64,000 bases of DNA from Octopus sinensis (lineage: Eukaryota). The position numbers and the translations under genes were made by a program. Position 1 is the stretch's first letter, and every line of letters starts with the position of its first letter. Below, one piece after another: positions 56,509-64,000 of this stretch. Location of the stretch: assembly GCF_006345805.1 (NCBI RefSeq), contig NC_042999.1, forward strand, positions 100,130,001 to 100,194,000. The letters run 5' to 3'. The notes beneath the pieces are model-generated. The model made no database searches and was not told where the DNA came from. It worked only from the letters and a program-made list of their open reading frames with translations.

Positions 56509-56935
56509 TGCTTCTTTATTAGCCACACAGGGCTGAACACAAACAGGACAAATTACAAAGTAGAGCTTTTCTTTTGGGGGAGAAAAAAAAGAAAAATAAA
56601 GTGGGGTAAGTTTTCGATCAAAAGGGATCGTAAAAAGGAACGAAAAAATGGAAAAAAAACGATCAATAGGGATCGTGTATCACAGAAATGTCATGATGTA
56701 AAGTGTAAAGGGGGAAGCAGATAAGGTTTATCCGTGGAAAGAAAAGCCTACGGAAAAGACCACGGTAGCCTCGGTCAATAATGTCACATGTTAACACATT
56801 TATTTGCGAGTAAGTAACTCTCTGTTTTAAGACGTTGATGAGAGATTGACCAGAGAGGAAAGTGCTTGTCTCTAATCCTTTCAGACGCATCCACCAGATA
56901 CATTCTTTCGCCATAGCCACAAGTATGATGAAAAT
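56509..56935 (-). mobile_element. L1/Tx1-like LINE 3' end terminating in (TATC)n
   Basis: Peptide FIILVAMAKECIWWMRLKG..SGQSLIN resembles L1/Tx1 ORF2 C-termini; pyrimidine-rich UTR, AATAAA, then (TATC)n at 56408-56508. Confidence 0.55.
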
Positions 56936-57171
56936 TTATGCAAGAAATTATAGGCACACAGGAATATGATGTTTTTAAATCACATTATGGAAGATCTACA
57001 GACGAATCGATTAGAGTTTTAATGCTCAGGGCATCCATATAAGTTAATTAGTGTGTTTGATTTTTATATATTTATTTATTAACTCGTTTACATATATATA
57101 CATGTGTGTATGTACTAACGTATTTGTATGCATATATGTATGCACTTAAATCGTTATTAACGTATATCCAT

Positions 57172-57587
57172 ATAGGTGCAGGAGTGGCTGTGTGGTACGT
57201 AGCTTGCTTATCAACCTCATGGTTCCGGGTTCAGTCCCACCGCGTGGCACCTAGGGCAATTGTCTTCTACTATAGCCTCGGGCCACAAAATCCTTGTGAG
57301 TGGATTTAGTAGAGGGCAACTGAAAGAAGCCCGTCGTATATGTGTGTGTGAATGTATGTATATGTTTGTGTGTCTGCCTTAGTCCCCCCCCCATTATCGC
57401 TTGAAAACCAACGTTGGTGTGTTTACGTCCCCGTAACTTAGCAGTTTGGCAAAAGCGACCGATAGAATAAGTACTAGATTCACAAAGAGTAAGTTCCGGG
57501 GTCGATTTGTTCGACTAAAAAGGCGGTGCTCCAGCATGGCCGCAGTCACATGACTGAAATAATAAAAGAAAATAAAGAAAATAAAGG
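57172..57587 (+). mobile_element. SINE family A, apparently full length
   Basis: A-box-like GTGGCTGTGTGG, B-box-like GGGTTCAGTCCC, central (TG)n slot, A-rich tail. Confidence 0.85.
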
Positions 57588-57914
57588 AATATATATGTAT
57601 GTGATGATGGTGTCGCTCTTAAGCCGAGAAAGATGGCTCTTCAATTTCTTGCTGAACAAGCTGCAGAAATGTTTTGTTTATAGTTATCAAATGTTTGTGT
57701 TGTGCATTTGTTCAGTCTCTCCGTTAAATTGATGTTTGCCAGACTAATTGCGCGGTGTACTACACGCTAGATGCCGAAGCGATCGCAGAGCAACGTGAGA
57801 GAAATGTATCGCTGAAAACAGAATGAACCATCCGGTCCTGGAATTCAAAGCATGAATTGAAAGTACGATCATAAGTGCAAACCCTAAAATTTAGACAATG
57901 CGCCCTCACATGTC

Positions 57915-59335
<1,421 letters not shown>

Positions 59336-59616
59336 CCTCTTAACACACAGCCTCATATGTGTGTGTGTGTGTATATACGTGCGTGTTGTACATATATTCC
59401 TATTTGTACAAATATGTATGCGTCTGCTAACAGTAGCATCCATGTTTTGGTTCGTTTCATATATTTTTTTTTGTACGTATTTCCATATATATGTTTATAT
59501 ATGTATTTGCGTTTAATTCCATACAGTCTGTCTCTGCGGCTGTCTTGTTTCCTAATTCTATGTAAAATATTTCCTGTCGTTATGCGTATGCCTGTACGTA
59601 GATGTATACGTATGTA

Positions 59617-59670
<54 letters not shown>

Positions 59671-60462
59671 TTCTTACCTACCTATCTATCTTTTTCTTTC
59701 TCCCTCCTTCTATATAATATAATATAAATATATGTATATGTGTGCATATAAAAATTGGTTGCATCTGTGTCCTGGCGATCGCATGTATTTGTTATGTTCA
59801 CCATATTCGCTAGGCATCTTGTCTCAGACTAACTTCCGATGCAATTTATTTTCTTTTCCTCTTACCGTATACTTCCTACCTGCACTTCCTACCTACTCTT
59901 GAAGCTGACTTTCTTCAAAAAACACTGAAATTCATTACATGTTCGTTCTTCGATTATGTTACTTTAGGAATATTTCTTTTCTCCAGTTATTCGCTCTATA
60001 AGAAACTTCTAGAATTATTAATTTGAAACTTTCTGTACACTGGTAAGCGTTCTTTCAAGACCAACAGTTTCATTTAACCATTTAATAACCATTTTATTTT
60101 TTTCCACATACTTAATGGGATTTGGATTACTTTTATTCCGCTGATCTTTCCATTATATTGGATCTTGAAATTTTCTATCATTGTACTCAATAGTTAGACA
60201 GATATTTTTCACTTCTTTTAAAAATATATGTATATTTTTTCGAGTAGTTTCAGTGCCAGAGAAGTGCTTCCAAATAACATTCATGTTAGCTACCAATTTC
60301 AATTAAGCGTCTCACACTTTCGGACCATTTTAGTGTATGCATGTATATTTATGTATATTCATAGCGGGTGATGCATCGTCGATCATGTGACTAACACAGA
60401 TTTCGAAACAGCTCTCAAGAAATGGATTAAACATTTGTTGTCTCACTTCTCTTCTCTTATCT

Positions 60463-60513
<51 letters not shown>

Positions 60514-60594
60514 GCAGACATATATACATACATATACATATATATATATATATAAAACCAATTAATTAATAATTTTACCAAGTAGATCGGTACG

Positions 60595-60642
<48 letters not shown>

Positions 60643-60701
60643 TACATATACACGCACATATATATATACATACATACACATATATACATATATATATATA
60701 T

Positions 60702-60791
<90 letters not shown>

Positions 60792-60959
60792 TGATAGATA
60801 GACGGCTGTGTGTGATTGTGTATAGAAGAATATATTAATAAAAGGAATTCCAGCCTTGTTTGATTTTCACGTTTTATTTACAATCTTATAATGATATATA
60901 AGATAATATAATATAATAAAATAAAATAAAATAATAGAATGTTAAATTTTCATTCTGAT

Positions 60960-61004
60960 TGAACTAGTACTTTCATGCATTAAATTATGCAATCTTCAGG
61001 TTCA
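60960..61004 (-). ncRNA. Minimal type I hammerhead ribozyme, intact
   Basis: Minus strand reads UGAAC-CUGAAGA-U-UGCAU(AAUUUA)AUGCA-U-GAAA-GUAC-UA^GUUCA: 5-bp stem I, 5-bp stem II, palindromic AGUACU stem III. Confidence 0.85.
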
Positions 61005-61460
61005 TGTAGTAGTGGTGACAGTCATGGTTAAATCTGTGCCTTAAATACACCTGTGTAGGCTCCAGATTGCTAGGTTTTGCAAACTGCATTCTGACCAATC
61101 AGTGTGTAGCATCACTTATTTACTTAAGCTGATTGCTTTAGGCGTCACGCTTTGTTGAACATGTCAAGAGTCCTGTATCTTAACCCTGGCCGAGGCAGCA
61201 ATTGTTGGGCTATTTTTAGAAATGTTGTAAATAGCCTTTGTCAGGGAGTTTTATATTTCAATTGTCATCATCATCATTGTCAGCACCTTAATCATTGTTG
61301 CTAGTGGTGATGGTGGTGGCAATAGAACTTTTAACCCTAAATAAGATAATTATCCTGCTATCTTCATCTTGATCACCTTTAGTATTGTTGTTGTTGTTAG
61401 TGGTCATGGTCGTAGCAATATATAAACACAAAAACCGGGAAAATATTTACAAACGCGAAT

Positions 61461-61751
61461 ATGAACTGCAAAAGCAGAAATTTTATTTACTGCATCAAAT
61501 GCCCAAATTGTGAAGAAATATATGTAGGTCAGACGGGAAATGCACTATCAGAACGCTCACGTGTACACCGACAACAGATTAGAGACCCAGAGGTCCGTCA
61601 GATACCTTTGAGTAACCACCTAGCAACACGTGGTCGGAAAATATATATAATATTTCCATTCTACAAATTACACAGCCCAAGTGAAATCGAGAGGAAAATC
61701 AGAGAAAAGAATTTTATTGATAAATTCGAACCCAAGCTAAATAAGCAATAA
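61461..61751 (+). pseudogene. GIY-YIG endonuclease domain of Penelope-like element
   Basis: NCKSRNFIYCIKCPNCEEIYVGQTG..LSER..HRQQI..LSNH..RKIREKNFI..PKLN. Confidence 0.88.
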
Positions 61752-61863
61752 TAATAATACTTAGAGGTACTACTTCTACTGCTACGACCATGACCGCTAA
61801 TATTATATCATTATAAGATTGTAAATAAAACGTGGAAATTAGACAAGGTTGGAATTCCTTTTA

Positions 61864-61925
<62 letters not shown>

Positions 61926-62089
61926 AAATAGTAAAGGATTATCAAGCCGAACAAGATACGTCATAAGCTCTCTCTTGTCACACCAGGCTAACAATATTAC
62001 TTAGATTAGTGAAGATCTCCAAGTAATCTTTTGGTAGGGTCCAAAATTATGGTTCATCTCAATTCTATATTTTAAATCCATGGATAGAC

Positions 62090-62428
62090 TTAAAAAATAA
62101 TGTTCATTACGTATAATTCCTTTTTTAGAGCAAATTTGGCTTACATGTGTTTCCAGTGCTCATTATAGATAGGTTTGATCAATTGGTCTGTTGATCAAAT
62201 AAGGTAAATTGAACGATCTAAGAAAATTAATGCTATTTCATCGGAGCCATTGCAGGAAATAATAAGCTGAACACTTGAAGAATGGCTCAATAGACATTCT
62301 TCTACTCGTTCAATTTACCTCAAGTGATCAATAGACCAATTGAGTAAACCTATCTATAATGACTACTGGAACTATAAGCCAAATTTGCTCTAATAAAGGA
62401 ATTATATGTAATGACCATTATTTTTTAA
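62090..62428. repeat. MITE-like fold-back with ~125-bp imperfect inverted arms
   Basis: 62090-62216 versus 62306-62428 (TTAAAAAATAATG..AGAGCAAATTTGGCTTA..AGGTAAATTGAACGA and its reverse complement). Confidence 0.85.
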
Positions 62429-63122
62429 CTTGTCTCTTATATATGTGTGTGTGAGTGTGAGTGTGTGTGCGTATGTGTGTTTATATATGTCTGTGCTGTT
62501 TTTATTAACTAGGTGCAAGAATCGGTGATGTCTCAAAAAGAGTAACTTAGCCTTTCAATAATGATTGCTAAAATAAAACATCTGTCTGGAATAACACTAG
62601 CCTTGACATAGTTCACTATAACCCCTTAAAATCAATACCCTAATATGTAAGAATAAACTGGAGAAAAATAAGAAAACGAATATGCACTTTGCTTTTGAAG
62701 CCATCAATCCAATAAAATATTTCTGTCGAATGTAATCATTTGTAAAATATCGTCATCTTGAATGACATAAAATATAAGTGAACCAAGTTGCTACATATCA
62801 GATACTACAAGAGAAATCGTGATGTTTCCCTCAACTAATGTACAACCCTTGCCACCCACGTTTGAATTCGTCATTTATGAATCTTCAACTCTTCTTCGAC
62901 AATGAACGTTGTTATAAATCTTAACCAAAGAATACGCAAAAACGTGTTCGCTTGTCTGTTTTTAATATTCTATATAACTCCATTCAGTCGTTTATGACAA
63001 AGAATATTCATGAGCAAAGAAATAAATCGATTATGTCGTGAGACTTTATAGAAGATTTCACATAAAGTTTCCAGTAATAATATTCATAATAATGAGAATA
63101 GCGACGTAATAAAAACGAGTAT

Positions 63123-63125
<3 letters not shown>

Positions 63126-63159
<34 letters not shown>

Positions 63160-63224
63160 TAATAATAATAATAATAATAATAATGATGATGATGATGATG
63201 ACACTGCTACTAATAATAATAATA

Positions 63225-63290
<66 letters not shown>

Positions 63291-63369
63291 GTAATGATAA
63301 TAATATTAATAATAATAATAACGATAATGATAGTAATAATAATAATATTAATATTAATAATGATAATGG

Positions 63370-63438
<69 letters not shown>
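63126..63438. repeat. Long degenerate (TAA)n tract
   Basis: Direct reading. Confidence 0.95.
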
Positions 63439-63439
<1 letters not shown>

Positions 63440-63717
63440 TTTGTTCCTTATAAACGACAAGGGTCCAAAGACACACACTAACAACCGTGTCATTGAAAAA
63501 GTGACATGTGGAAAAAAGTGTCTGCGTGAGATATGTGTGCGTGTATATGTATGTATATGTATGTATATGTATGCATGTACGTATATGTATATGTGTGCGT
63601 GTATATGTATGTATATGTATGTATATGTATGCATGTACGTATCTACCTATTTATATATATAGGTAGATACATACATACATATAAATATATACATATTTAG
63701 ATGCATGTATGCTAACA

Positions 63718-63762
<45 letters not shown>

Positions 63763-64000
63763 ATATATATGTAGAACATATTTCTATGTATGTGTGCACG
63801 TATTATGCTTGCCTGCATATGTATGTATGTGTAATAACTATACAATTGCGCAAAAAGACATAATACAATATAGACTGGTTAAAATATTTTTCTGAAATGC
63901 AAATACAAATAATTGCCAATGAGACTTAACCAATGTAGTGCATAACCGCCAACCAGTTAAGATTAGGAAACCCATACTACTTTGAAGACTATTCGTTCCA

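Larger units (their letters stand above)
60831..61871 (+). mobile_element. Penelope-like element (Neptune-type) with inverted pseudo-LTR
   Basis: 60831-60898 is the inverted copy of 61806-61871, and ~61398-61418 of ~61780-61800; a GIY-YIG domain lies between. Confidence 0.85.

Overview
This is AT-rich, microsatellite-dense, non-coding animal DNA. An octopus or other coleoid cephalopod is inferred from the SINE families and microsatellite load. I can support no host protein-coding exon; most of the ORF track is translated (TA)n/(CA)n/(TAA)n/(GATA)n. The window is mostly mobile elements: (1) a young, 5'-truncated R4/Dong-type LINE with an uninterrupted 903-aa RT plus restriction-like endonuclease ORF inside a (TAA)n tract, and several older relatives; (2) three Penelope-like element (PLE) remnants, two with inverted pseudo-LTRs; (3) CR1-type and Tx1-like LINE 3' ends next to (GATA)n; (4) a fossil Chapaev3-type transposase; (5) Helitron- and Helentron-like non-autonomous elements; (6) many SINEs. 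The best signals not visible in the ORF track are minimal hammerhead ribozymes: intact cores at 60960-61004, 37453-37523 and 38184-38232, plus several relics, five of these motifs lying within 37.4-38.6 kb. Also notable are a PLE terminus combining a tRNA-like module, (TAA)n and a hammerhead, several fold-back elements, and a telomere-repeat patch replacing part of a SINE. All calls were made by eye and boundaries are approximate.
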